Shown one piece after another: positions 48,209 through 59,869 of a stretch of 64,000 nt of DNA; position 1 is the stretch's first letter, and every line of letters starts with the position of its first letter. Position numbers and translations under genes: made by a program. The notes under the pieces are model-generated. The model saw only the letters and a program-made list of their open reading frames with translations, had not been told where the DNA came from and did not search any database. Origin of the DNA: Candidatus Omnitrophota bacterium (GTDB taxonomy: Bacteria > Omnitrophota > Gorgyraeia > B26-G9); the NCBI GenBank assembly GCA_043814605.1, contig JBDRJV010000047.1:5077-69076 (forward strand). Reading direction: 5' to 3'.

Positions 48209-48934
48209 ATGAAAACATTCGTCCTATTGCCCGCATATAATGAAGCAAAAACAATTACTTACCTGATTAAAGAAGTAAAACAACTGGGTTTGGATGCGGT
48301 TGTTGTCGATGACGGTTCCCTAGATAAAACCGCGGCTTATGCCGAAGAAGCAGGAGCAATAGTATTAAAACACCCTGAGAATAAAGGCAAGGGCCAGGCT
48401 ATGCGAACCGGGTTTGATTATGCTATAAAAAATAATTTTGATGCCGTGATTATTATGGATTCAGACGGCCAGCATGCGCCGGAGGAAATTAATAGTTTTA
48501 AAAATGCCATAAAAAATAATGATGCCGGAATTATTGTTGGTAACCGCATGCATAATCCTCAGGGAATGCCGTGGGTGAGAAAATTAACCAATATGTTTAT
48601 GAGTTTTTTTATTTCTAAACTGATCGGGTATAATGTTCCGGACAGCCAATGCGGATTTCGCATGATAAAAACAGATATATTAAAAGTTATCGATCTTTCT
48701 ACCGGAAAAGGCAAGTATGATACAGAATCGGAAATTCTGATCGAAGCAGCCAGAAAAGGATTTAAAATAGAATCAGTACCCATAAAAACTATTTATACGG
48801 ACCAAACCAGTAAAATCCATCCCGTACGTGATACAATCCGGTTTTGGAGATTAATTATTAAAAGTGTTTTTAAAAAAAATAAACTACATTTTAAAATTAT
48901 TAATAACCAAGAAACAATAACCAAAAAACACTAA
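48209..48934 (+). CDS. GT2 glycosyltransferase (polyprenyl-phosphate sugar transferase, DPM1/ArnC/GtrB-like)
   Basis: VVDDGSLD, DSDGQH (DxD). ATG at 48209 preferred over the upstream TTG at 48185. Confidence 0.75.
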   Translation: MKTFVLLPAYNEAKTITYLIKEVKQLGLDAVVVDDGSLDKTAAYAEEAGAIVLKHPENKGKGQAMRTGFDYAIKNNFDAVIIMDSDGQHAPEEINSFKNAIKNNDAGIIVGNRMHNPQGMPWVRKLTNMFMSFFISKLIGYNVPDSQCGFRMIKTDILKVIDLSTGKGKYDTESEILIEAARKGFKIESVPIKTIYTDQTSKIHPVRDTIRFWRLIIKSVFKKNKLHFKIINNQETITKKH

Positions 48935-49059
48935 TAACAAAATTAAAAATATAAATACCTTAGTAAATAATTTTTTTATGAAATATTGATGATTGTTTTT
49001 TGTGTTTTGATTATTGTGTTTAAATTTTTTATTAAAATAAATAATACAAGTATAAAAAA

Positions 49060-49710
49060 ATGGAGTTTCAAAGTCTTAGAAAAAAAATGGTAGAGTTTCA
49101 ATTAATGGCGCGGGGAATAAAAGATACACGAGTCTTAGATGTGTTTTTAAAAATACCCCGGCATGAATTTGTTCCTGAAGAATTAATAAAATCAGCTTAT
49201 GAAGACTGCCCCCTACCGATCGGTAACGGACAAACAATATCACAGCCTTACATGGTTGCGTTAATGACGGAATTGCTGGGGTTAACAGGCAGGGAGAAGG
49301 TCTTAGAACTGGGTACGGGCAGCGGATATCAAACAGCAGTTTTAGCTGAATTGGCGAAAGAAGTTTATTCTATTGAACGCATTAAAAAATTATCTAAAGC
49401 AGCCTGGGAACAGTTGCAAAGATTTAATTATTCTAATGTAAAATTAGAAGTGGGTGATGGGTCCTTGGGCTGGGCGGAATTTGCACCTTATGATGCAATT
49501 ATCGTTACAGCTAGTGCTCCGGAAACACCAAAGATTTTAATTGAGCAATTAAAGGATAACGGAAGGCTGGTTATCCCTGTAGGAGGAAGGTTTTCCCAGG
49601 AATTATTATTAATTGAGAAAGAGCCGGGTGAAATTAAAACACATGAAATTTGCGGTTGTGTGTTTGTGCCGCTGCTTGGCGAACAAGGCTGGAGAATGAA
49701 TAATGAATGA
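49060..49710 (+). CDS. pcm: protein-L-isoaspartate O-methyltransferase
   Basis: GQTISQPYMVA and SAM-binding VLELGTGSGYQTA. Confidence 0.85.
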   Translation: MEFQSLRKKMVEFQLMARGIKDTRVLDVFLKIPRHEFVPEELIKSAYEDCPLPIGNGQTISQPYMVALMTELLGLTGREKVLELGTGSGYQTAVLAELAKEVYSIERIKKLSKAAWEQLQRFNYSNVKLEVGDGSLGWAEFAPYDAIIVTASAPETPKILIEQLKDNGRLVIPVGGRFSQELLLIEKEPGEIKTHEICGCVFVPLLGEQGWRMNNE

Positions 49711-50188
49711 ACAAATCATAAATTTTTTTAGCGGCTTATCTAATGAATGGTTGGTGATTATTTTATCGGCCATGCCGGTTTCAGAACTCAGAGGGGCGAT
49801 ACCTTTGGGAATTGTATTAAATCTTACTCCGATAAAAGTATTTTTACTGTCAATATTAGGGAATATGACACCAGTTCTGCCGCTGCTTTATCTGCTTGAG
49901 CCGGTATCAGAAAGGTTGAGAAAGTTTGGCATCGCCCGTAAATTTTTTGATTGGCTTTTTGCACGTACAAAAAAAAGAGCAGATCTAATTGAAAAATATG
50001 AACTTTTAGGGCTGGCTTTATTTGTGGCAGTTCCTCTTCCCATGACCGGGGCTTGGACCGGATGTATTGCCGCTTCCTTATTTAAATTAAATAAAAAACG
50101 TTCTTTTTTTGCAGTATTCGCCGGAGTGTTAATCGCGGCAATGATTGTGATGAGTGTAACGCTCGGTGCTAAAGCAGGAATGAAGTAG
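49703..50188 (+). CDS. small integral membrane protein (COG2426-like putative small multidrug export protein)
   Basis: 4 predicted TM helices. Overlaps the pcm stop by 8 nt. Confidence 0.45.
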   Translation: MNEQIINFFSGLSNEWLVIILSAMPVSELRGAIPLGIVLNLTPIKVFLLSILGNMTPVLPLLYLLEPVSERLRKFGIARKFFDWLFARTKKRADLIEKYELLGLALFVAVPLPMTGAWTGCIAASLFKLNKKRSFFAVFAGVLIAAMIVMSVTLGAKAGMK

Positions 50189-50487
50189 TTTGTGAATTAT
50201 AAGTTATGAATTATGAATGAAAGACTTAAAAGTAGCGAAGAGAAAAAGCAAATTTTAGTTAACCAGTTACTAGTGAGCCAGTAGGCCGGTTTTTAAAAGA
50301 GCATTTAACTCGGGCATACAGGATAACTGGGAACCGTGTAAATTATATTAAATTTTTACATTTTTCATTACACTTTATCCCGAATGAAGTAGCTTTATTA
50401 AGTAATTCTTCGGGATCCCGAAGAGATTTTTTGAAAGATGAACCTCATTCGGGACACAATTAACATTACACAGTAATTTTATACACA

Positions 50488-52515
50488 ATGAATATGAGTA
50501 ATAATAAATTTGTTCAAGTTTCTCTAAACCTGCCTTTAAAAGATGTGTTTGATTATTCTGTGCCGGAAAATCTCCAGTCTGCAGTTGCTCTGGGAAAGCG
50601 GGTTTGGGTCCCGTTTGGACAGCGGACAATTGTGGGAACAATCGTAGGCATAAGCGCTCAAACAGAGATTTCTAAAACCCGCGATATTAAAGAAATAATT
50701 GACCAGAATCCGATATTAGATGAAGAAATGCTAAAACTAACACGTTGGATTGCGGATTATTATTTTTGCTCCTGGGGAGAAGCAATCGAATCCGCGATAG
50801 CTGCACCTTTTAAAAAAGGCAAAACTGAGGTTAGAATTGGGAAAGATATAGATTCTTTAAAATCAGTGGATTTAGATTTAACCCCGAAAAAAAATATTCT
50901 CACCGCTTATCAGGATAAAGCATTAGCGGAAATCACTCCTTATATAAATGAAAAAAAATTCGGAGTTTTTTTATTGCATGGAATTACCGCCAGCGGAAAA
51001 ACCGAAGTGTATTTTAGAGCAATCGAGGCAGCTTTAAAACTAAATAAACAAACCTTGGTTTTTGTGCCGGAAATCGCTCTAACACCCCAGACCTTACAAA
51101 GATTTGTGGAAAAATTCGGCAAAGAACAAATCGCAGTTATACACAGCCGGTTAAGTAAAAGTGAAAAATTTGTGCAGTGGCAAAAAATAAAAACAGGACA
51201 GATAAAAATTGTTATTGGGCCGCGTTCTGCAATATTTAGCCCTTTGCCGAATCTAGGATTGATTGTTGTCGATGAAGAACATGAACATACTTATAAACAA
51301 GAAGATGTGCCTAGGTATCATTTGGTGGATACCGCAATTAAACGTGCGGAAATCTCCCAAAGTGTGGTTATTTTAGGCAGTGCTACGCCGTCTTTAGAAT
51401 CAGTCTATCAGTCTAAACAAAAAAAGTTCAAATTTATTGAATTGCCGGAACGGATTAAAGGCATAGAACTGCCCCGAGTGCAGATTGCCGATATGCGTAT
51501 TCATATGCGGACCTCTAAAAGAAAACCGATTATTTCTAAAATTCTCGAAGATCATATTAATAATTGCTTAAAAAAGAAAGAACAGGTGATTTTATTTTTG
51601 AACCGTAGAGGATTTTCAACCTTTATCCATTGTGAAAAATGCGGTTATATTGTGCAATGTCCCAGATGTAATGTGGCGCTTGTGCATCATTTTGATAAAA
51701 ATAAGCTGATCTGCCATCATTGTAATTATCAAGGTAATGCACCGGAGATATGTCCTGAGTGTAATCAGGATTATATCCGTTTTTTTGGCACCGGAACACA
51801 AAAAGTAGAAAGTGAATTGTGCAGATTGTTTCCTAAAGCGGTGATCGAAAGAATGGATTCAGATTCTATGCAGAAAAAAAATGCTTATTTTGATATTTTT
51901 AAAAAATTTACAAATCGAAAAATTGATATTTTAATCGGCACCCAGATGTTGGCTAAAGGGCTGGATTTTCCGAACGTGACTTTAGTCGGAGTTATTTCTG
52001 CGGATGTTATTTTGAATTTGCCTGATTTCCGTGCATCAGAAAAAACTTTTTCTTTATTAACTCAAGTCGCGGGCCGTGCCGGACGCGGGCCGGCCGGAGG
52101 CAAGGTGATTATTCAGACTTATACCCCTGAGCATTATGCGATTCAATGTGCAATTGCGCATGATTATAATCGATTTTATGACGAAGAAATTGTTTTCCGC
52201 AAACAATTGGAGCTGCCGCCTTTTGCGCATATGATCAGCCTGGTCTTACGCTGTAAACAGGAAAAAAATCTGGAAAAAACCAGCGAGGCTTTATTCAATG
52301 TTTTGAAATTAAAAAATAAAAATACCCAAGTCCACATCTCTGAGCCGGCGCCTTTGCCTGTATCAAAACTGCGCGGATTTTACCGCTGGGGACTGGTTTT
52401 AAAAAGCAATGATGTTTTAAAAATGAATGCGTTAATAAAAGAAGCATTTGCAAACTGGCGGCCGGCAGCCGGAGTCAAAATCGCCGTGGATGTTGACCCG
52501 CTTACAATAATTTAA
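50488..52515 (+). CDS. priA: primosomal protein N' (replication restart helicase)
   Basis: Walker A GITASGKTEVY. DEEH box. Cys4 zinc-binding cluster (CEKCGY..CPRCN..CHHCNY..CPEC). Confidence 0.9.
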   Translation: MNMSNNKFVQVSLNLPLKDVFDYSVPENLQSAVALGKRVWVPFGQRTIVGTIVGISAQTEISKTRDIKEIIDQNPILDEEMLKLTRWIADYYFCSWGEAIESAIAAPFKKGKTEVRIGKDIDSLKSVDLDLTPKKNILTAYQDKALAEITPYINEKKFGVFLLHGITASGKTEVYFRAIEAALKLNKQTLVFVPEIALTPQTLQRFVEKFGKEQIAVIHSRLSKSEKFVQWQKIKTGQIKIVIGPRSAIFSPLPNLGLIVVDEEHEHTYKQEDVPRYHLVDTAIKRAEISQSVVILGSATPSLESVYQSKQKKFKFIELPERIKGIELPRVQIADMRIHMRTSKRKPIISKILEDHINNCLKKKEQVILFLNRRGFSTFIHCEKCGYIVQCPRCNVALVHHFDKNKLICHHCNYQGNAPEICPECNQDYIRFFGTGTQKVESELCRLFPKAVIERMDSDSMQKKNAYFDIFKKFTNRKIDILIGTQMLAKGLDFPNVTLVGVISADVILNLPDFRASEKTFSLLTQVAGRAGRGPAGGKVIIQTYTPEHYAIQCAIAHDYNRFYDEEIVFRKQLELPPFAHMISLVLRCKQEKNLEKTSEALFNVLKLKNKNTQVHISEPAPLPVSKLRGFYRWGLVLKSNDVLKMNALIKEAFANWRPAAGVKIAVDVDPLTII

Positions 52516-52666
52516 GTGCAAGGTGGTGTAAAATATTAAACCTTAAATATTAAATCCTAAATAAACTAGAAAGAGAAAACCCAGGACAGAAAGGTTTTAA
52601 AATTGATTTTTGAGTTTTGGATTTGAGATTTTTTTAGAGTTTATAATTTAGAGTTCAGGATTTATT

Positions 52667-53275
52667 TTATGTGGCGGGTTTGATATCGTCAAAGCCTTTT
52701 TCAATTGTGCCGAGTGCGGAAATATCTTTTAAAATATTTTCTGCGTCTAATTGATGCGGGTTGAGTTCCAAAACAAGTTTGGCCATAAGTTTTGCTTTAG
52801 GAAAGTTTTCGGTTTCAAAATATAATTGCATCAGAGATTTTAAAGCAGCAGGATGATACCGGTTAACAATTAATAGTTCTTCAAGTATAAAAATCGCTTT
52901 ATCTATCTGTTGCTGCTTAATAAAAATTGTTGCTAATTTGTATAAAATTCGTGTATCATCAGGATTAATAAGAATAATTTGCTCAAGGTATGTTTTGGCC
53001 TGGTTGAAATTATTTGATAAAGAAGAAATTTCCGATTTAGTTACAAGAAAAAGGTAAGAAGTTTTCTTAAAAATCAAGTTTAATAAAGACGGCGGATTTA
53101 TTTTTTTATTTTCTCTGATTGCCTGCCACAAATAATGCTGGCACTGCAGTGAATTTGGGTAGGAAAGCAGAAGGTTCTGAAAAATTTCAATAGCATAGGC
53201 AAAGTTTCTTTTTTTAATTGCACTTTGGCCTTTTTGAAAAAGCTCATTATCGTGAAGATTTATGTTTTCGTTCAT
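52667..53275 (-). CDS. TPR-repeat protein
   Basis: Multiple 34-aa TPR-like repeats. No other domain. Confidence 0.55.
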   Translation of the reverse strand: MNENINLHDNELFQKGQSAIKKRNFAYAIEIFQNLLLSYPNSLQCQHYLWQAIRENKKINPPSLLNLIFKKTSYLFLVTKSEISSLSNNFNQAKTYLEQIILINPDDTRILYKLATIFIKQQQIDKAIFILEELLIVNRYHPAALKSLMQLYFETENFPKAKLMAKLVLELNPHQLDAENILKDISALGTIEKGFDDIKPAT

Positions 53276-53453
53276 AATGTTATTATTGTAAGGGAAAATG
53301 TCAGCACTGTCAATTTAGATAAATTAATTTATAAAAAAAGAGTTTCAGGCAGCAAGTATCAAGTCACAGGCTAAAAGCAGAAGGAGATCAAACGGAAAAT
53401 TTTTTGATTTTAGCTTGCAGCCTGAAGCCTGTAACCTGTAAAGGACTAGATAC

Positions 53454-54413
53454 ATGCGTATTGTTTTTTTTGGCTCATCAGATTTTGCCGTAGAAAGTTT
53501 AAAAATGATTTTGGGTAAGCACCCGGTTTTAGCGGTAGTAACCCAGCCGGACAGAAAAAGCGGCCGGCATTTGCATTTATCCCAGACTCCGGTAAAAACT
53601 TTTGCGCAGAAAAAAAATATAAATATTTTCCAGCCGGAAAATATCTCCAGCCCGGAGAATTTAGAAAAGTTAAAAAGTTTTCAGGCGGATATTTTTGTAG
53701 TGGTTAGTTTTGGCCAAAAATTATCCCGGGAAGTTTTGGATATTCCTGAAAAATTTTGCCTGAATGTGCATGCATCGGTGTTGCCGCGCTGGCGGGGAGC
53801 CTCGCCGATTAACCGGGCCATAACCAGCGGAGATAAAACTACCGGAGTAACAATTATGCGCATGAGTGAAAAAATGGATTGCGGGGATATTCTTTTAACG
53901 CAGGAAATTGAAATCAGCCCGGATGATGATGCGATTTCTCTGCAGGAAAAATTAGCCAATTTAGGGGCAGAAGCTTTGATTTGCGTCTTGGATAATATAG
54001 AGGAAGGCAATTTTGAATTTAAAAAACAGGATGAATCAAAAGCCACGCTGGCTCCCAAATTAAAAAAAGCCGAAGGCCTGATCAATTGGCAGCAAAGCGC
54101 TGAAACAATTTTTAATCAGGTCAGAGGTTTGTTGCCCTGGCCCTGCGCGTTTACGCATTATCAGGGGAAAAACTTAAAAGTTCTCAAGGTAAAAGTTTGT
54201 CAGGACAATATCTCGAATATCCCGAATATTCCAGGCGAAGAAAAATATTCTGCGGCAGATATTGTTGCAATTGAAAAAGGAAAAGGTATAATCATAAAGA
54301 CCGGTGAAAATAATCTGTTAATAGAATTGCTGCAGCCGGAAGGAAAAAAAGTTATGCCTGCATATGATTTTGTTTTAGGGCATAAAGTGCAGGTAGGAGA
54401 TAAATTTACATAA
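53454..54413 (+). CDS. fmt: methionyl-tRNA formyltransferase
   Basis: MRIVFFGS..FA, HASVLPRWRGASPI, plus the C-terminal Fmt domain. Confidence 0.85.
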   Translation: MRIVFFGSSDFAVESLKMILGKHPVLAVVTQPDRKSGRHLHLSQTPVKTFAQKKNINIFQPENISSPENLEKLKSFQADIFVVVSFGQKLSREVLDIPEKFCLNVHASVLPRWRGASPINRAITSGDKTTGVTIMRMSEKMDCGDILLTQEIEISPDDDAISLQEKLANLGAEALICVLDNIEEGNFEFKKQDESKATLAPKLKKAEGLINWQQSAETIFNQVRGLLPWPCAFTHYQGKNLKVLKVKVCQDNISNIPNIPGEEKYSAADIVAIEKGKGIIIKTGENNLLIELLQPEGKKVMPAYDFVLGHKVQVGDKFT

Positions 54414-54536
54414 GTAGTAAGTAGTAAGTAGAGAGTAGTTGTGTTATCCTGAACTAAAAACAAAATCAGAAAATTTAATTATTTGGGAGTTGTAAAAGGA
54501 TTCTGTATTAATGGTTAATTTAAAATTAGCAATTTA

Positions 54537-55625
<1,089 letters not shown>

Positions 55626-55643
55626 GGAAAAAAAAGGAAAAAA

Positions 55644-56657
55644 ATGCAGCAGTTAAGAAGAGATCCCATTTTAGGTAGATGGATAATTATCCATTATGAT
55701 CAAGTCAAAGAGCCTCATGATTATAAAATATATTCTGCCGGTGAGAAAAACGCGGATAAGGTTTGCCCTTTTTGCCTGGGCCAGGAAGATATTACGCCGC
55801 CGGAAATCTATGTTGATCGTGCTCCGGACAGTTTTCCCAATCAGGCTGGCTGGAATTTAAGGGTGATTGCTAATAAATTTCCGGCATTAAAAGTAGAAGG
55901 AGATATAGACAGACAAGGTATTGGTCTTTATGATCAGATGAACGGAGTGGGAGCGCATGAAGTGATTATTGAAACAAATGACCACAAAAAAGATATCGCG
56001 GATTTAAATACAGAAGAAATTAAAAAAATAGTTATTGCTTATAAACAGCGCTGTATTGATTTAAAAAAAGATAAGCGCTTTAAATATGTTTTAATTTTTA
56101 AAAATCATGGCCAAAGTGCCGGTGCTTCACTGGAACATTCGCACTCTCAATTGATTGCTCTGCCGATTGTACCGAAAAAAGTAAAAGAAGCTTTGCGCGG
56201 GGCACAAATGTATTACAGCTATAAAGAAAGATGTGTGTATTGTGATATAATTTCCCAGGAACTTGAGCAAAAAGAAAGGTTAGTAGATGAAAATGAAAAC
56301 TTTATTGCTTTTTGCCCTTTTGCCTCCTGTTCACCTTATGAAATTTGGATCTCTCCGAAAAAACACAGAAGCGCTTTTTACCGTATTCAGGAAGAGGTAA
56401 TTGATGATTTTTCTCAGATGTTAGGCCGTACTTTGATACGCTTGAAAAAGGTCTTGACAGATCCGCCGTTTAATTTTATCATTAACACTGCTCCTATCCA
56501 GCATGACCAAGAGCTCGAATTTTATCACTGGCATATAGAAATCTTACCTAAGCTTACCAGGTCTGCTGGTTTTGAATGGGGAACAGGTTTTTATATTAAT
56601 CCCAGCCCGCCGGAACAAGCTGCAAAAGAATTGAGAAAAGTTAAATTAAAAAAATAA
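55644..56657 (+). CDS. galactose-1-phosphate uridylyltransferase-like HIT-family protein (paralog 2, HSHSQ intact)
   Basis: CPFCLG, HSHSQLIALP active site. 337 aa. Confidence 0.7.
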   Translation: MQQLRRDPILGRWIIIHYDQVKEPHDYKIYSAGEKNADKVCPFCLGQEDITPPEIYVDRAPDSFPNQAGWNLRVIANKFPALKVEGDIDRQGIGLYDQMNGVGAHEVIIETNDHKKDIADLNTEEIKKIVIAYKQRCIDLKKDKRFKYVLIFKNHGQSAGASLEHSHSQLIALPIVPKKVKEALRGAQMYYSYKERCVYCDIISQELEQKERLVDENENFIAFCPFASCSPYEIWISPKKHRSAFYRIQEEVIDDFSQMLGRTLIRLKKVLTDPPFNFIINTAPIQHDQELEFYHWHIEILPKLTRSAGFEWGTGFYINPSPPEQAAKELRKVKLKK

Positions 56658-56694
56658 AAACAAATAATTTAGTGTTTGAAAGGAGGAAGTACAA

Positions 56695-57702
56695 ATGGGA
56701 GTGCGTATAGGTATTAATGGGTTTGGCCGAATTGGCCGTCATGTTTTTAAGATTGCTATGGAGAATAAAGATATTGAGGTGGTGGCAATCAATGATTTAA
56801 CAAGTGCGGCAACTTTAGCACATTTGTTAAAATATGATTCTATTTACGGCAGATATAGTAAAAAAGTAACTGTTGACGGTAATGCAATTGTGGTTAATGG
56901 GAAAAAAATTGGCATTAGCGCAATCAAAGATCCTAAACAATTACCCTGGAAAGAGTTAAGCGTAGATATCGTAATTGAATCAACCGGAGTGTTTAGGAAA
57001 AGAGAGCAAGTGATGTGGCATGTAGAAGCAGGAGCAAAAAAAGTTATTCTTACGGTGCCATCTAAAGATAAGGTTGATAATACAATTGTGCTGGGAGTTA
57101 ATGAAGGAATGCTAAAAGCAAAAGATGTTGTTGTATCTAATGCGTCTTGTACAACTAACTGTTTGGCGCCTGTGGCCAAGGTATTACATGATAACTTTGG
57201 TGTAATTGAAGGATTAATGACAACAATTCATTCTTATACAAATGATCAGCAACTTCTTGATTTTCCGCATAGTGATTTAAGACGGGCACGGGCCGCAGCC
57301 CTTTCTATGATTCCGACGACTACGGGAGCAGCAAAAGCTGTGGGACTGGTAATTCCGGAGCTTAACGGAAAATTAAACGGAATGGCAATTCGAGTCCCGA
57401 CTCCAACCGGTTCTTTGGTTGATTTAGTGGTAAAACTGGAGAAAGATGCTTCAGTTGAGGAAATTAATGCTGCAGTGAAAAAAGCTGCCGAAGGTCCGAT
57501 GAAAGGAATTTTAGCTTACTGTGAAGATCCGATTGTCTCAGCGGATGTTATTGGTGATTCTCATTCCTCAGTTTTTGATGCCCTGAGCACAATGAAAATT
57601 GGCGCAGGAATGGTAAAAGTTCTTTCTTGGTATGATAATGAATGGGGTTATTCTAGCCGTGTTGTGGATTTAATCAGTTTAATGGTTACCCGGGGACTTT
57701 AA
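56695..57702 (+). CDS. gap: glyceraldehyde-3-phosphate dehydrogenase
   Basis: GINGFGRIGR. Active site SNASCTTNCLAP. Confidence 0.92.
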   Translation: MGVRIGINGFGRIGRHVFKIAMENKDIEVVAINDLTSAATLAHLLKYDSIYGRYSKKVTVDGNAIVVNGKKIGISAIKDPKQLPWKELSVDIVIESTGVFRKREQVMWHVEAGAKKVILTVPSKDKVDNTIVLGVNEGMLKAKDVVVSNASCTTNCLAPVAKVLHDNFGVIEGLMTTIHSYTNDQQLLDFPHSDLRRARAAALSMIPTTTGAAKAVGLVIPELNGKLNGMAIRVPTPTGSLVDLVVKLEKDASVEEINAAVKKAAEGPMKGILAYCEDPIVSADVIGDSHSSVFDALSTMKIGAGMVKVLSWYDNEWGYSSRVVDLISLMVTRGL

Positions 57703-57746
57703 TCATAGGTCATGTTAAGAGCTTTAAAATCATAAAGTTATAGACA

Positions 57747-57787
57747 AAAGGGAGCAGGATGTTTTAATGTCCTGCTCCCTTTATATT
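57747..57787 (+). terminator. rho-independent-type terminator hairpin downstream of gap
   Basis: 13-bp perfect stem AAAGGGAGCAGGA/TCCTGCTCCCTTT with a 10-nt loop, followed by an AT-rich tract. Confidence 0.6.
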
Positions 57788-57789
57788 AC

Positions 57790-57818
57790 TTGACATCAAC
57801 TACTATATATGCTATTAT
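57790..57818 (+). promoter_or_regulatory. sigma70-like promoter TTGACA-N17-TATTAT
   Basis: Consensus -35 and near-consensus -10 with a 17-nt spacer, about 130 nt upstream of the small HTH gene. Confidence 0.5.
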
Positions 57819-57949
57819 CAATTTTGTTAAAAACTATATATTATATACATAAAAAACTTCTTGAAAAAGATATTTTCCACCCCATACCTAAGGATAGGGT
57901 GAATTATTTTAAAAGGAATTATTGTCTTTTGTAACTGCATGAGGTAAAA

Positions 57950-58180
57950 ATGAATGATATTATTACGGCGATGGAAGTAGTGAAAAAATTTAATATTTCT
58001 TATCAGACATTAAATCACTATACTAATTTTGGGCTGCTTAACGCAATCAGGAAAAGAGGGTTAGGGAATAAACGGTTTTATAAAACATCTGAAGTTAAAA
58101 GAAACCTGGATAAAATTGATGATTTGAAAGGAAAAGGATATCCATTGAAAATTATTGCTAAGATGCTGGATAATAATTAG
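57950..58180 (+). CDS. small MerR/excisionase-like HTH protein
   Basis: 76 aa. The N-terminal HTH-like segment is weakly diagnostic. Confidence 0.35.
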   Translation: MNDIITAMEVVKKFNISYQTLNHYTNFGLLNAIRKRGLGNKRFYKTSEVKRNLDKIDDLKGKGYPLKIIAKMLDNN

Positions 58181-58303
58181 TAATAAATAAGCTTTCAAGG
58201 AAGAAGGGGAAAATGGATTTTTTAATAAATGTTGATCAGTTACTAAGAACATTAAAAAGCTGGGCTTTTTGCAAACAGGCAAAGGTACAGCTTTTTCTTT
58301 TTA

Positions 58304-59176
58304 GTGAGGCCAATTATGAGTTATTATAAAATTTTAGGATTTAAAAAAGAACCGTTTTCAACTAGTCCTGACCCTTTGTTTTTTTATGAATCACGCGAAC
58401 ATGAAGCAGCTTTAACTAATTTATTAATTGATTTAAGATTAAAAAGAGGGTTGAGTGTGATTCTCGGGGATGTGGGAACAGGTAAAACCACATTAAGCCG
58501 AAAACTCTATCAGCAGGTAAAATCACAAGAAGGGTTTATTTGTCATATGATGTTAGATCCCGTATACAATGACGAGGAAGTTTTTCTAACATCTTTAACC
58601 AGAAACTTTGATGTGGGGACAAGTAATGAGGGGCCGAAAAGCTTGAATTTAAAAGAGGCTTTGGAACGGTTCTTGTTCCAAAAAGGGGTTGAGGAAAAAA
58701 AGACCATTGTTTTGATTATTGATGAGGCGCAAAAGCTGAATGAATTGACGTTAGAGTGTTTAAGAGTTTTATTGAATTATGAGACGAATGAATATAAGCT
58801 GTTGCAGCTTATTTTACTGGGACAAATGGAATTACATTCAAAAATAATATCAATCCCGAATTTTATTGATCGAATCAGTTTTAAATATACATTAAATCCT
58901 TTGGACGAAACCGAAATGCGCCAAATGATTGATTTTCGCATTAAACAGGCCGGATATAGTTCAAACATGCAGTTGTTTTTAGATAAAGCATTAAAAGCAA
59001 TCTATGATCATACCCGGGGGTATCCAAGACGGGTAAATATGCTTTGCCATAAAGCGCTTAAACGTTTGGTGATGAGAAATAAATTTATTGTAGATGAGGT
59101 GTTGGTTAGAGAACTTATTGTTGAGGAAGTTGCGCAAGGGTTGGTTTGGGTCAGGCAGCCGACAATTGTAAATTAA
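58304..59176 (+). CDS. ExeA/GspA/MshM-like AAA ATPase
   Basis: LGDVGTGKTTL Walker A, IIDEAQ Walker B. About 290 aa, as in ExeA/MshM. Confidence 0.75.
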   Translation: MRPIMSYYKILGFKKEPFSTSPDPLFFYESREHEAALTNLLIDLRLKRGLSVILGDVGTGKTTLSRKLYQQVKSQEGFICHMMLDPVYNDEEVFLTSLTRNFDVGTSNEGPKSLNLKEALERFLFQKGVEEKKTIVLIIDEAQKLNELTLECLRVLLNYETNEYKLLQLILLGQMELHSKIISIPNFIDRISFKYTLNPLDETEMRQMIDFRIKQAGYSSNMQLFLDKALKAIYDHTRGYPRRVNMLCHKALKRLVMRNKFIVDEVLVRELIVEEVAQGLVWVRQPTIVN

Positions 59177-59191
59177 AATTTTTAGAAAATC

Positions 59192-59869
59192 ATGGCAAAT
59201 AAAAATTTTTCACCGGAAAAACGTTTATTGCAGATTATTGAGTCTCAAGAAAAAACAGATGATTCTAATCTTTCACCGATAAATGAAGCAAAAAAAATTG
59301 TTTCACCCAGTTTTTTAAAAGCAAAATTTTCTTTTTTGCTTAGCCGGCTAAAAAATATTCCGGGGAAAAGTACAAAATTAAAGCTCGAGTTAGAAACAAT
59401 AAATAATGTACTGCAGGTATTGATTGTTGCTGGTGTAATTATATTAGGGATAAGTGTAACGCTTAGTTTTAATAAGCTGAATAAAGGCATTATAATTAAG
59501 GATAATGAATTAGAGGCAAATGCAGAGATAAACTTGAGTGAAATTGTATCTTTGCTTAAACCGGTAGAATATTATTTGGAAAAAATAAAAAAACGCGATT
59601 TGTTTAGCCTGGAGACTGCTGCAGAAGTGAAAAAAGGCAGGTTTAAAGATGCGGAAGAACCAGGTTCCTGGTTAGCTGAGCGTGTGAAAGATTTAAATTT
59701 AGTCGGGATTTCCTGGTCACAAGATCCGGATGCAATTATTGAAGATAAAAAATTTGAGCAGACTTATTTTGTGAAAAAAGGTTATATGATTGATGAAATC
59801 GAAGTTTACGAAGTGCTTGAGGACCGGGTAGTTCTTCGTGCAAGGGGAGACAAAATAGAACTAAAATGA
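59192..59869 (+). CDS. membrane protein of unknown function (single TM), pilus/secretion-cluster associated
   Basis: One TM helix (LQVLIVAGVIILGISV). Overlaps the secretin start by 4 nt. Confidence 0.4.
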   Translation: MANKNFSPEKRLLQIIESQEKTDDSNLSPINEAKKIVSPSFLKAKFSFLLSRLKNIPGKSTKLKLELETINNVLQVLIVAGVIILGISVTLSFNKLNKGIIIKDNELEANAEINLSEIVSLLKPVEYYLEKIKKRDLFSLETAAEVKKGRFKDAEEPGSWLAERVKDLNLVGISWSQDPDAIIEDKKFEQTYFVKKGYMIDEIEVYEVLEDRVVLRARGDKIELK

